This document shows positions 12,845 through 26,054 of a stretch of 64,000 bases of DNA, piece after piece. This DNA is from Camelus ferus. Its lineage: Eukaryota. Made by a program: the position numbers and the translations under genes. Below the pieces are notes generated by a model. It ran no database searches. It worked only from the letters and a program-made list of their open reading frames with translations, and was not told the DNA's origin. How positions within the stretch are numbered: the stretch's first letter is position 1; every line of letters begins with the position of its first letter. Location of the stretch: contig NC_045697.1 of the NCBI RefSeq assembly GCF_009834535.1, forward strand, positions 39,620,001-39,684,000. The letters run 5' to 3'.

Positions 12845-15499
12845 GTGAGTTGGCACTGGTGCTTCTTGTTTGTAGTTTCCCTTCTTCTTTTAAAAATACA
12901 CACCCGAACTAATGACCGTATTATAGTCACCCTCATTTTAGTATTTAGGTTAAAACTTTGAAAGTTTTCATTTTGACCCTTCTAAACCTAGTTCACATTT
13001 GGAAATTCAAGGATGATTTAATACATATTTCTGTTTCATCTAGAGGTGTGGTATGTTGTGGGACACCACTGCTGATGTGGTACATCTCGTGGCTTCCTTA
13101 TGGGTATCTTATTTTGAGGGATCCTGAACCATCGGAAGAGAAGGTCACCCTCTGCCTGCCCAGAGGTGGTTTTCTCCTTGTTAGACAACATTTAGTTGGC
13201 TGTTGGACTTGCTTATGAACCAGCGGATTTCCCACTATTTTGACCTGATTGAATACTAGACTATCACTGTAAAGCCCTGACAGTTGATTATGTTTTAGTA
13301 CAAGAAAGGTTGAGCTGAAGTCTAACAAAAGAGGAAATGCTTGAGTTCTTTAGTATTAGAATGACTAATTTTAATATTAATTCTCTCAGCATGAATTTCA
13401 AGAATAGTATTACAATGAACTTCATTTTGCGTTAAAAGATTTGATAAAATACAAATGGATAGTTACCATTCACATTGTTGAACAATCATGATTTAAATAG
13501 TCAAGGAAAATAAATTTATGTGTTACAGGCCATGTTCCCATATTTTTCCTGAAAGTTTTATTTTTATCTACTATAGCATTTAATCTCTATAAAGTTATCA
13601 CTTTAAAGTCCTTACTAAATGTCAAAGTTTAAACCAGACCCTAGTTCCCCGCATTCTTTTTCACCTGGACTCATAATCTTCATCAAAATATTTATGGAAA
13701 AGAAAAAACAATCTTTTCTTTGCTTAAAGGAAGATGTGTAAGATAAATAGTATTAAGTAAATTCTATCCTGCACATTATTGAGATTTTAATAGCTGTATT
13801 AACAAATGTTATTTTAGAATTAAAACAGTATCAATAATATAACCCACCAACTTTTCAAGTGGTATAAGCAACACTTTTAAAAAAACATTTGTCTTGGAAC
13901 TGGTGGATACGAGGGAGTGCTGTAGTATTTCCTTTAGAAAATAGGAAAATTATAGTACAGGAGATATTAACATTTAAAGTCAGCTACTGACTAAGCTTTA
14001 TAGAAAGTGTTTAGGAGTATAATTAGTTTGTGTACTGCCTATATTGTGTTATACAGCAAGTACCAATTATTCATTTAACTCTGTTCTTAATCCTCTGCCT
14101 CATTTTTTGCCAAAGAGTATGTAACACTTTGCAGTTGCAAAATCCTGAGTGTGTCATGACGTCGTGTTTCCACCCTCTGTTTGGACAGAGGGATAGAAGC
14201 AGAGGTTGGAAGTGGCAGTGAGCAGGATGCAATCAATACAGCCGTGGTGGTGCTGATGGTGGGCGCATGGTAGCAGGCAGGGAGGGGCATGGCAGGGGTA
14301 AGGTCACAAGTGAACAGGGGCTTGACAGGGAGAGAAATACGAAACCCAGTGTAAACCTCTCTGGCAGAATTTGAATATAGTTTTCCATGTCCGAGGATGT
14401 TGCTAGTATAAGTTACCTTGATTGTTTTTTACTGTCAACATCGGGGAACAAAAGGAGATGGAATGAACAGTGGAGACTGATAATCATCTCAAGGTGGATC
14501 ATGAAGATCCATCCCATGAAGATCCAGCCTTTCCACTTCATGTTTCTTCTCTGATATCCCTTTCACTGCTCATTGTGGTCAAACCACAGCTGTGCATTGT
14601 GTCAGAGAATCCTGGGGTGCAAACTTGGGGTTGATAGCCAAAATAGCTTACAGTCTCACCCACCTTACTCTTTTGCTTGGTGTGTGCTCTGGGCATTCAG
14701 GGGTCCTCTTCACCTGCTCCTTGTTGGCCTCACCCTCCTGGTCATAAGGCCCCCTCCTAACCTGACACACTGGTCGCTATCGGGTCTTGATAGTTTGTCT
14801 CCAACTCTCAGGCCCTACTGAGCTGCTCTGAGCTCTCCACGACTTTGGAGGAGTGAGGCCCTTATCTGTTAGGGCTCCGGACCTGCTATTTTTGCCCCCA
14901 GGAAGGTCCCCCCCCAGTATGGCCCCAGGAGATACACTAACCTGACATCCATTGTAAGAAGGTTTAAAATCTTTATGATAGCCTATAGTAAGTATGTTTT
15001 TCTCAGTATTTGCTTATACATAATTGATTCATGTTTAAGATTTTCATCAGATTTTGCTTAAAAAATAAGGAAAGAGGAAAGCTAGACCTTATGCAAAACC
15101 ATTAGCCCTATGGAATGGTTAAAAAATGTCTTGAAAAATAAAAACCCAGTGTAGTATGATCGATTATTTTGCCTTCAACAGCTTAGAGCTGCAACCATTA
15201 AAAAAAAAATCCTTTAAATAAATGTTCCCATATCTCAAGGTGAGATTAAAGAGTCAATAAAGTCTGTACTAACATCATCATGGCAGATTTTTAAGTAAGC
15301 AATGTAGAAGACAGGCTAAGACTACAAACACTTCATTTTAGTATTTACCCATAATTTCTTATTTGTCTAAATCCATAAGGAAACATTATCAGGCTTATAT
15401 CATTATTTGTTACAATAAAAATGTAAAAGTTTAAGGACATATTCATTATGCAAAAGGGTTCAGTTTAATTCTTATTAAAAAATTGACCATCTGTCAGGA

Positions 15500-15610
15500 G
15501 CATGTAAATGATGTTGAATCTTGGTGATGAATACAGGGAAGTTCATTGTGATAGTCCCTCTGTTTTTCTGTATGTCTGAAAATTTCATAATAACTTATTT
15601 TTTTAAAAAG
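15500..15610 (+). mobile_element. Old L1 3'-UTR terminal fragment
   Basis: 'ggtgatgaatacagggaagttcattgtgatagtc...tgtatgtctgaaaatttcataat'. Confidence 0.6.
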
Positions 15611-16160
15611 GCAAACCATGACTTAAGTGAAAATGGTTTCAATCTTACAAAACACAATGAACTGGAAAATTACGCATATTTTTGTTATATCAATATTATA
15701 TTAAATTCCTACTGCAAAGGGAAAAAGAAAAGCATGCTATCTTAGGAGAATAATAGTTCAGTACTGCTAGAACATTACATATGTATAGGGGTGAGGAGGA
15801 AACTCTGAATGAAAGAAAAACTAAAAATAAAATCTCGATAGTAAAAGTGGGAGGCGACCGAGACCTAAGTTCACGTCAAGTCACAGTGATGTCAGGTATG
15901 ATTGAAAGCTGTCAGAATGTTGTAGGAAAGGATCATGTACCCCATGCTTCTCACAGTCACATGGGTACCGTGGCTGAGAGGCACTGACTCACACAAGAGC
16001 AGAGAGCTTCCTTTGAGGACAACAGGATTTCCACGTGACAACTGCACAATCAGATTTTCATGTGTTTATTTGGACAGGATTTATTCCACTCATTCATTCA
16101 CTATTCAAAAAGATTAGAAAATAAACTTGGTCTTTTAATTTCTAAAAATATTGTAGCTTT

Positions 16161-16551
16161 TGCGTTAGTCTTCTGGGGTTACCATAACAAGTACCATGGA
16201 CTGGTGGGCTTAAACAACAGAAATCTATTTTCTCACAGTTCAGAGGGGCTGAGAGTCCAAGATCAAGGTGCTGGCAGGGTTGGTTTGGGTTGAGACCTCT
16301 GTTTGACTTGCAGACGGTGCCTGCTCAGTGAGTGTGTCCTCACATGGCCTCTCCTTGGTGTGCATGCTCTCCTGGTGTCTCTGCCATTTCTTCTAAAGAC
16401 ACTAGACCTCTTGGATTAAGTCCCCACCTTTACAGTCTCATGTAACATTAATTGCCTCTTCAAAGGCCCTATCTCCAAAGACAGTCATGTTGGAGGTTAG
16501 AGCTTCAGAATGTGAATTGAGGGCAGAGGGCAGGCACAATTAGTTCATAAC
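16161..16551 (-). mobile_element. MLT1-family MaLR solo LTR
   Basis: TG...CA ends. Contains 'ggcttaaacaacagaaatctattttctcacagttc...gtccaagatcaaggtg' and ends 'cacaattagttcataaca'. Confidence 0.85.
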
Positions 16552-16721
16552 AGCTTTCAAACCTAAAAACTCCTCTATTAAAAAATTATAATTGAATGTA
16601 TACCCCAGGACTTAGGGAAAATAGGAAGAGTAATGACAGAATTTAAGTAGTAAAACAAAGAATTGTGAATTTGAGACCAAACTCATCCAGCCATCTACAG
16701 AAGGCACTGCTCTCCATGCAT

Positions 16722-16950
16722 AGAGGGGAGAAGAGATAATTTGGGAGTTCGAGATTTCAGATATTAACTGCTATATATAAAATAGATGAACAAGTTTCTA
16801 CCATATAGCACAGGGAACTGTATTCAATATCTTGTAGTAACCTATAATGAAAAGGAATATATATGTGTATGTATGACTGAAACATTATGCTGTACACCAG
16901 AAGCTGACACAACATTGTAAACTGACTATACTTCAATTTAAAAAAAAAAG
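16722..16950 (+). mobile_element. Young L1 3' end with poly(A)
   Basis: 'tatagcacagggaactgtattcaatatcttgtagtaacctataatgaaaa...ctatacttcaatttaaaaaaaaaaa'. Similar to the copies at 20588 and 25555. Confidence 0.85.
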
Positions 16951-18230
16951 TGTATATGTGCTGTGTATATATCTGTCAGTCCCTATCAACTTTTCTTTAT
17001 GTCTTCAATTATTTTATACTTACTACATTTCTTATAAATGTTGCATATATCTTTTATATAATTTTACTAAATCTGTATATTTATACATTAAAAGTTATGT
17101 AAGATAAGACTGAATTAAAAATGGAGTGTTAAAAATCTCCAAAGTTAGTATAACTTTGAAAATATTATGGTATTGTATTCATAATTTTGCCTCCATGATA
17201 ACCTATCTAAGGATATGAATTTAAATTGCAGAGTAAATACTTAACATTTTCTTTCACTTAAGAATATGATTGAATTGATAGTAAAATATAGTCACCTATT
17301 TTCACTCTTTAGAGCTCATTTATTTCAAGATACAGCTTTCAGTGTTGAGAGAGAGGTATCTTTAGGGTCATACCAGGAGGGAGTGTAAAATGTCATTCGT
17401 TTGTTCCTGACCAAGCCGCAGTGCTGCCCTGATGGTTTGATTTGCTCTGTGATATAGTAGAAGACAAACATGTTGCCAAAGTAATGTAATTTTCTGAAAA
17501 CCTCTTAAAAGGGAATGTTAAAATACTTAAGGAAAACTATTTCAGGAGCATTAGATGAATCAAATTCTGTAATTATGACATTGATATCTACTTCTAAAAC
17601 TAAGTCATGAGGGACCTCCAGTTATAAGCTCACATCCTGAAACATCTTATGCTGGGAAGTAATGAATCCATATTTCAATTAAAATGCTTTAGATTCCATG
17701 GTGTTTATTATACTACTTCTATCAAGATTATCTAATGCTGTCAGATTTAGGTATAGGAAAGCATTTCCACTCTGCTTATGTGTCTTTATTAATTGGGAAA
17801 ATCAGTACGTCCCATTCTAGAAAAAAATGACATCATATTTACTTTTCAGATTTTTCATCATATGTTGTATTGATTTATGAGATGTGTGTGTGTGTGTGTG
17901 TATAAAAATCTGTGAATAATGGGAAAAAACCTTTGTAAGCTTACACTGTTCTCCTGGTTTGAATACAAATTACTTTTGGTACAAATACAAAAGCTGTTCG
18001 TTGGTAGAAACACAGCCCTTGCCAGTTTGCCTCTAGGAATAATTTCTCTTTTAATGTGATATATTTGGCACCAGGCAGTCTCAGGAGTAGCACTCTGCTC
18101 AGATTTTGATCAAAGATGCAGCCTGGAATTTCTAGGCACCTTCTGACTGTGTGATACAGTAGCAGAGTCATTAAAATATCCCTTTTACCTTTTAAAGTAA
18201 AATTAAGTTAAAAATTTTTTTGAATTCAAG

Positions 18231-18417
18231 GGGACTTATCAACAAAGAAAATATTCCTTCTGGATTCAACAACCTTGATGAATGTATTTTGAATGCTCAG
18301 GAAGTGGAAAAATTACATGAAAATTCTTCTGGTTACGCTGGAGAAAGGGGCAAGCCTAAACGTCAGAAATCCAGCTCCAGACTTTCTGAGCCCAGTGAAA
18401 ATCAAGATGATCTTGTG
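18231..18417 (+). CDS. FAM13A: FAM13A coding exon C (187 nt, phase 2-0): GLINKENIPSGFNNLDECILN...SENQDDLV
   Basis: Acceptor ttcaag|, donor GTG|gtaagt. ORF 18220..18429 matches recalled human GLINKENTPSGFNHLDDCILN. Confidence 0.94.
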
Positions 18418-20587
18418 GTAAGTGAATAATTCTATAAAATTTTTACTTGTAGCCAGTAAGGAAATATCACATCTCTTTTCCTTGCTTTGTAAAAAATAAT
18501 TTCAGTCTTGGGTTTCACAGAATTATAGAACAAGAGTTTTGAAAGAGACTTTAGAACTACTAAATATGCACACTTTTATTTTTTTAACAAAAGTAAAAAC
18601 CAAGTTCAAGAAAGATTACATTTTGCCAAAGGAACCAGGAACACCACACTCTCTGATTTCCATGTTATTGAGATTGGTCTGATTTTTATCTCATCTTTTT
18701 GAGTGTCTTTAAACTTTATTTTTGAAATAAAATTATTGATAGAGCATTTTTTCTTATTTTTCCCCATTTTTTCTTGTCTATATGAATATGTAAAAAGAAA
18801 ATTTAATGAGTGAACTTAAAGTGAGGTAAAAAAAAATACATAGGAAAAGAGGATCAACTCTTTGTGTTCAGAAATTTTCTTGGTGTTCAGAAATTTAATT
18901 TCATAACTATACTCTATAGTATTTTTTCCTATATTGATGAGAAACAAAAAAATTAATCTCCTACACAGTTACCCCAGACCTGAACTCTGGATCATTAATT
19001 TGATATGTAAGTTGTTACAAGTGGTTTTAGTCAATAACTAAATATTTATTCAGTTAAACTATAAATATGCATAATCCTTTTTTATATACACTTCAGTTTC
19101 TCTGAAAAGTGAGAACCAAAGTCTGTCTTCTAATTCTCTTTAGTTTTAAGAAATTAAACCAAAAAAAATTTTTTAAAAAACCTGAAGATAAATTTTCTAA
19201 TATAACATGGAGTCCCTAATAAAAATAGGTAATATCCATTCTCCCAGGGTATAAAGCCTCTGTTGTACTTTATCTCTGAGCAGGTTTTTAGCTCCATGCT
19301 GGGTTTTCCATAAATTTAGTAAAACTTACGGGCCACCTATTTTCCCATTGTCAATTTCTGCATGTGATCAGAGAAGATTCCCAATTTTGCCCTAAATAAA
19401 ATAAACATAAATGCAAATCTAGGGAAAACATGTTTATTCCATCTTCCCCCAAATGTCTTGATACCCTGTTTCGAGAAATAAACTGATCACTTAGGACGAA
19501 CGAGGTAATCACCCACCTGAGACCCATGGCTGACACAGTTCTCCAAATAAAGAATGTGAGCTTTGGAACCATTATACAGTCAGTGTAATTCTTATTTGGT
19601 GGGAAAAGTACATTTTATAGTAAATTAAATGATGCTAATTCCATTAGCTCTTTATTTGGCCCACGATTTCCTAATCTGTGGAAGAGAAATAACTCAAAGT
19701 CTGACACTTGGCTTCTTTGAAAAGAATAGACTTCTCTGTTTGGATCCCTTTTAAAATGAACTTAACCCATCAATTTTTTTTTTCACCAGGAATAGTATCT
19801 TAAATTAGCTAGGTGATAGTAGCTAATAAAAGTGGATGTGTACCTTTATTCCTTAGAATATATGTTTGATTGGTAAACATATGGACATAGTCTTTGTTTA
19901 AAAACATTTGGATGAGAGAGCCTAATTCCATTCTGGTCTTTTGTCTGCGGCAGGATTTGCCCCCACCTTAGCTGCCAGTTTCCACATTCCAGGATTGTGC
20001 AGGGCACATGTTTATCATGTGAGCTTAGTGGACCATGTCTTTACTGCAATGAATAATGTAAAACCCTGCCAACTTAGAAGAAAAACTTCCTCATCTGTAA
20101 AGTGAGGGTATTCTCTAAGATCTTTTCTGACTCATATCCCGTGAATTTTAAATCTCACCTTCACAGGTAACCACAAAGCAAAGAGTCGGGGAACAGAACA
20201 ATGGCTAGGATTTAGACTATGTCCTGACAGTGAAGTTGTGCATCTGAATTTTTATTTTTCCCACTCTTCTCCAAAACCTTTTCCCACTCCATTTCAAGTT
20301 CTTTATATGCCAACTGAGCTTTTGTTTCTGTAACCAGAAAAATAATTATATGCCTTCTGTGTGCTAGGAAATATCTTTCAAACCCTGGGGATACAGCTGT
20401 GAGAAAAACAGGCAAAAATCACTGCCCTCTTAGAGCTTACATTCTAGTAAGGGAAACAGATAATAATCAAGATGGAAAAGTACAACATGAAATAGATTGG
20501 ATAGTGATGACTATTAGGAAGAAAAATAAAGCAAGAAATAGGGATAGGAATGGTGAGAGGGCAGAGGATACAATTTTAAATAGAGTG

Positions 20588-20827
20588 GGAAGGGATACAT
20601 TGGGAGTTCAAGATTTACAAGTACTAACTACTATATATAAAATAGACAGACAACAAGTTTATACTGTATAGCATGGGGAACTATATTCAATATCTTGTAG
20701 TGCCTTATAATTAAAAACAATATGTAAAGGAATATATATATGTTCATGTATGACTGAACTATTATGCTGTACTCCAGAAATTGACACAACATTGTACACT
20801 GACTGTAATTCAATAAAAATAAATAGG
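20588..20827 (+). mobile_element. Young L1 3' end nested in L2
   Basis: Same family text as 16722-16950. AATAAA at 20812. Candidate TSD TAGAGTG at 20581-20587 and 20828-20834. Confidence 0.85.
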
Positions 20828-21269
20828 TAGAGTGATCAGAGAAGACTACCCTAGAATTTGACATTTGAGTATAAAGACATAGAGGAAGTAAGGAAGGAAG
20901 CCATTCTATCGTAGCAGGTACAGAGAGCCCAAGACAATCATTTATCTGGAATGTTCCAGAAACCACAAGAATACTGTTAGGGTTGAAAGAGAATGAGCAA
21001 AGTGAAAGAGGTAATGGAAGGGCGAGGGCAGATGCAGCCAGGCCTCATAGAATCATTGTAAGGACCTTCCCTTGACTCCGGGTGAGATGAGAATCTGCTC
21101 GAGGGTTCTAGGTAGAGCAGTGATGTGACCTCCTGAACACTGGTTTGACTACTGTGTTGAGAACAGACAGTAAACAGGCAAAGGCAGAAGCAGGGAAACC
21201 AGTTACAAAACTATTGCCGTCATCTAGATTTGCACTGATGGTAGTTTGAACTGAGGTGATACCACACCT

Positions 21270-21362
21270 TAGGCCAGCACACGTTGCCTTGCAGGCTACA
21301 ATGCACAACTCAGTGGGGCGTCGTGCACATCGACTGAAATGCGAATGGGTCCTCCTCAAGTA
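21270..21362. mobile_element. MER91-like hAT MITE fragment nested in L2
   Basis: 'tgcacaactcagtggggcgtcgtgcacatcgactgaaatgcgaatgg' resembles the recalled MER91A palindromic core. Confidence 0.55.
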
Positions 21363-23029
21363 TGTATTGCAGTAGTCATGAGGTAATGGATGGATTCGGG
21401 ATATATTTTGAAGGTAGAATTGACAGAATTTCCTGACATCACCAGTGGGGTATGGAAGTAACAGAAGCCCCATGGCTCTTGGGCTGAGCAATGAGAAGAT
21501 TCGTGTTGCCAGTTTACTGAGATGGAGATGACAGAAGTCTGGGTGATGATATCATGGTTCAGTGTTAGGCATGTTAAGATCGAGCTGCCTATCAAATATC
21601 TAATGGGAGATATCAGGATGGAGACCAGATTTCTGGGCAGAGAGTTTAGGGGGAATATCGATATCCTTGCTGGAGATAACAGTGTGGAAGTCATCAGCAG
21701 ATACAGGATATTTAAAGCCAGTATGCTGGATGAGACAAGAGGGAGCGAGTGTGGACAGAAAAGAGAAGAGACCTCAGGGACCGTGAGTCCTGATGCATAA
21801 CAGCATGAAGGGGGCGGGAAGATGAGAAGGTACCTGGCGAAGAAACTTAAGAAGGAGCAACCAGCAAAGGAGAAGAAAAACGAGATGTGTTTGGTGTCTT
21901 GGAAGTTAAGTATCTCGAGCTGGAAAGAGGGTGAAATGGTTAGCCAAGTAGAAGCCTGAGAGCCTGACCACTGAAATTAGAAAGCTGGAGATTACTTAAT
22001 AAGAACAATTTTGGTGGAGAGACATGAGCAAAACCATTTTCCAGAGAAAATCAAAGGAGAGGAACTGAAGAACATAAGTAGTCATTTCACAGGGATTGCA
22101 TCAGCTCACAACTCAGCTCAAGAGGGGAATAGGCTGCAGACCTGAAAAGGCATCTTGCAGATTTGGAGTCTAAAGTGGGGACTGAGTGCTTCCTCTTTAG
22201 ATCTTTTACCTCTTGAGGCTGTCATGACCAGCAGAGACCAAGAGACTACAGATCATTAGAAAATAGAATAGAAATGAATGGTAGTGGCTGGCATTCGGTG
22301 TGTCCTGCCTCATCTGCAATTATTGCCGTGGTCCCAACCATTTCCCCTCGCCTTACACTGCTAGCTCCCACCTGTGCTCTTCGGTCTCTCTCAGAAGAAA
22401 ACCTCATCCCCTGATTTATTTTCAAGAGCTAAGACAGCCAGCTTGTGTTTTAGCAACTCCCCTCACACCTGCTTCAAAATTTCTCTAGCTCTTCACCTAT
22501 TTTATTTTCTCACCTGCTCAAATGATAAAAGTGGTTTTTCTAAATTCGGAGGTTAACCTAAGAGGTTAAGCATCTTTGGAAATTCTATTTTCTCCATCCA
22601 TCTCCCCACCCATATGTACAAACATATACACAGACGCTCACACACATGTACACTTTTCATTGCTTCCTCTCCATTGGCACGTTTCTGTTGGCCTAGAAAA
22701 AGCTTCTATCTCTAAAAACGTTCTCTCTAGGGCACAATTTAACAGCTTGAATCAAAAGCCATGACTCAGTCACGCAATTTATCCAATAATCCTTCCTCCG
22801 CCACTCTGCTCTAGAGGCACAATCTTAACTATGGAAAAGACAGTAAGTATTAATTTGCTCACCACGTGGTTATCTATAATCATGAGAAATTAGAAGCAAT
22901 TTAAGTGTTCAAAAGTAGGAGACCAGATAACTAATATTTGTATGTCAATTCAACATAGTGTTATGCAATGAATTAAAATTATGGTTCTGAAGACTATTTA
23001 GTAAAATGAAAAATGTATGGCAAGGTGTT

Positions 23030-23185
23030 TTTTAAGTGCTTTGCATATATTATCAACTTTAACCCTCCCAATAATCCATAAGGTAGTTATTATTAATATT
23101 CTCAGTCTAAACATGAGGAAATGAGGCACAGGAGGTTAAACAGCTGTCCAAGATCACACGTAAGTGGTGGAGTTGGGATTTCATG
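23030..23185 (-). mobile_element. MIR SINE within old L1 3'-UTR remnants (about 22880-23440)
   Basis: 'atgaggaaatgaggcacaggaggttaa...ccaagatcacacgtaagtggtggagttgggattt'. Confidence 0.7.
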
Positions 23186-23729
23186 ATACTCTCCCTCAAT
23201 GTTAAAAGTAAGTTATGATGCAATGTATATGGTGCATGCATGTATATATATGTATGTGTAAAGATATACATTTAAATGTTCATTCCTTGGGAAAAAGTCA
23301 AAGGAAATATACCTAAAAGTGATTGTATGATTATATTATGATGGTGGTAGTAGTGTTAGAGGTAATTGTTACTCCAAAGAATATGTGGGAAATTATACTA
23401 ATTCTATAATAAGCATTACATTTAATGTATAAAAATAAAAACATAGTCTAGTACCTCTCTTAATCATAAACAGCATCTACTTACTGTCATGTACACCCTC
23501 CAAAATCACAGGGTTCAAAGAAGGAGTATAGGTCTTCTAATCAGACCTGAATTTCATTTCCAACTTTATCACCTAATAGGTATGTCATGTGAACATGTTA
23601 CTTAGCTTCAGTTAATTTATCTGTGACATGGAAACATTAATATCTCTATGTGGGTTTTTTTTTTTTTTTTGGTGAGATTTAAATGCAATGAAATGTGCTA
23701 AAGAACAGGAAAAACTGAAAACAGCATGT

Positions 23730-24620
23730 GTTTAAATTCCTCTCTGCTCCCTCTGCTCTGATGTCCAATCTCTCCCCTTTGTTTTGTGCCATCAAAAATT
23801 TTGAACAAGTCTGCATTTCCAGGTCTTTTCACACTTGCTCATCAACCCCTGTAATCCGGATCCTACCCCACTTCCCTGAAGAAACTGCTGTCTCCGTGTT
23901 GGTGGGTGGACATGGGGTTGGAACTGGCCTTTCAAGACCACTGTGCTATTGTCTGCTTGGTCCTTGACCTCCTTAAGTCCTTGTGGCACTTGATACTCCA
24001 TCCTTTTTTCTCAGAACTCTTTCTCCCTTGGCCTCTGTGATGTTGACCTCTCTTTGTCCCCTTAGCACAATGACTGTGTTCTTTGCTGTGTCCTTCACTG
24101 GCTAATCTTCCACAAAGCATGCTTAGATGTAAATGATATGCAGATTGTTGTCTCATGTCTCTTTTCCCTCAGCATTTCAAGTGAGAGCTTCTCTACTTCA
24201 TGGTGTCGGATGTCACCTCCCTACAGATGATTTCCAGATCAACATTTAACTGCAGTGCTCCTTAGATCATACCTCAAAGTCAGTATGTTAAAATCACACT
24301 CATCATCTTCTCCTCGGTCTATTTTTCACTGAGTATACCCATCTGATTTCATCAGATCATCATCTTAGTCATTTTCTAAGTCCTTTCCTTTTCCTTATTC
24401 CCAGTCCTTCTTCAAACTTCTCAATCATATAACAAATTAAGGTGTCTCTACTCTAAGAATATGCCTGCCGCCCTCTTCCCTTTGTGTTGCCATTGCATAG
24501 CTGAGGCCCTTTCTATAGCTAGTCTGGAATATGAAAACAGCCACCTAATGTGTCCTCATGCCTCCACTCTCTCCCTGTCCCCTCTCCAAACCATTTTACC
24601 TGCTGCTGGAAAACAATCGT
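23730..24620 (+). mobile_element. L2 fragment
   Basis: Pyrimidine-rich text resembling L2 ORF2, e.g. 'tccttgacctcc...cacttgatact', 'ctctttctcccttggcctctgtga' and 'atgatttccagatc'. Confidence 0.6.
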
Positions 24621-24799
24621 TTACCTAATTTAGAAGCTTTTAACTCTTGTTTTTAATGCAGTATAACTCAGCAAGAACTCTGGTCAAAAACTGCATGATG
24701 GTGATTACCTGAATGGCATCAGATTAACGAAAAAGGGCCTACCATTAGGAGCCATTGATTTAAAATTATTCGTTCTTTCAGTGATACAACAATTAACTA

Positions 24800-25330
24800 T
24801 GACAAGCACAATTTTAGGCACTAAGGACAAATGGTGATCAAAACAGACACACTCCCTGCCCTCCTGAAGTTTATATACTCAAGACAGATAAGAAACAAAT
24901 ACATGGTCAGATGTCAGTACGTGCTGTGCAGAGAAATGAAGCTGGGAAGTGGGTGGGAGGTGAGAGGTTGAGGACTGGTGTCTCCCAGATGGAGGTCCTC
25001 AGGTCAGGACTCGCTGAGAATGGCACTTGTGCAGGGACCTGAAGATGGTGAGGGAGTGAGCTATCAGGATCTCAGGAGAGACTCCAGGAGGAGGGAGCAA
25101 CAGCCTTAGGCTTTTGAGGATAAGCAGCAGGCTACTGTGGTTGGAGCAGAGGTCGGGGGGGGGGGGGGGGGCATCACAGGAGATGAGATCAGAGATGTAG
25201 CAATACGGCTTTGTAACCGTTTTTAGATCTTCAGCATTTACCTTCAGTGAGATGAGGAGCCATCAGAGGATTAAAGGGAAGAGAGTCATTTTCTGAAGTG
25301 CCTTTTGAAAGGATGACTCCATCAACTGGG
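24800..25330 (-). mobile_element. L2 fragment containing a G17 run
   Basis: 'ctccctgccctcctgaagtttata', 'ggacctgaagatggtgagggagtgagc' and 'ttttgaaaggatgactc'. Confidence 0.7.
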
Positions 25331-25554
25331 TTAATAGCCCAAGGGTGGTGAGGGCTATTCAGAGAGAACCTAGCTTAGAAATGAAGATAACATTAACCAT
25401 GTCACAAACTGCAGTTGGAGCAGTAACCAAAATACAAAGTAACGAGGGCAAGGACCTGTGTCTGTCAGGTTCTCCATCCACCATTGTACCCCAGTGCCCA
25501 GCATCGTTCAGCACCCACAAAATGTGTTTAAAAACTTTAATGAATAAAGAGGTT

Positions 25555-26036
25555 AGGGTATATTTATATAATGAACTACTACTTAGCCATTAAAAATAAT
25601 AAAATAATGGCATCTGCTGCAACATGGATGAACCTGGATTCTAAGTGAAGTAAGCCAGAAAAGAGGAAAAAAAAAAATACCATATGATATCACTGATACG
25701 TGGAATATTTTTTTTAAAGACACAAATGAACTTATTTACAAAACAGTAACAGACTCACAGACATAGAAAACAAATTTATGGTTACCAGGGTTAAGAAGGG
25801 TGGGAAGGAATAAATTGGGAGTTTGAGATTTGCGGTTACTAACTACTATATATAAAATAGATTAAAAGTTTCTTCTGTATAGCACAGGGAACTATATTCA
25901 ATACCTTGTAGTAACCTATAATGAAAAAGAATATGAAAATGAATATATGCATGTATATGGATGACTAAATCATTGTGCTGTACACCAGAAATTGATACCT
26001 TGTAACTGACTATACTTCACTTAAAAAAAAAAAAAG
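25555..26036 (+). mobile_element. Young L1 3' end (last ORF2 codons, 3' UTR and poly(A))
   Basis: 'actactacttagccattaaaaataataaaataatggcatctgctgcaacatggatg...acagactcacagacatagaaaacaaatttatggttacca...', followed by an A tail. Confidence 0.9.
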
Positions 26037-26054
26037 TGAATGGATGGTTGCCAT

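Larger units (their letters stand above)
20350..22080 (-). mobile_element. Long L2 fragment interrupted by an L1 3' end and a MER91-like element
   Basis: Antisense L2 hallmarks: 'ctggggatacagctgtgag...ctgccctcttagagcttacattctagt' and 'gatatattttgaaggtagaattgacagaatttcctga'. Confidence 0.8.

Noticed and set aside
12599..12856. Antisense ORFs overlapping exons (also 47930-48218, 49599-49790, 50490-50684, 59100-59381)
   Set aside because: These are shadows of the + strand coding exons. There is no independent evidence of an antisense gene.
14500..14527. CATGAAGATCCA direct repeat that also matches 14 nt of exon F
   Set aside because: A local micro-duplication. The match to exon F does not extend and is compatible with chance.
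18864..18896. 14-bp direct repeat GTGTTCAGAAATTT (similar case TTTTGCTTGTGAA near 30885-30919)
   Set aside because: Two-copy slippage duplications with no array structure. Not CRISPR-like.
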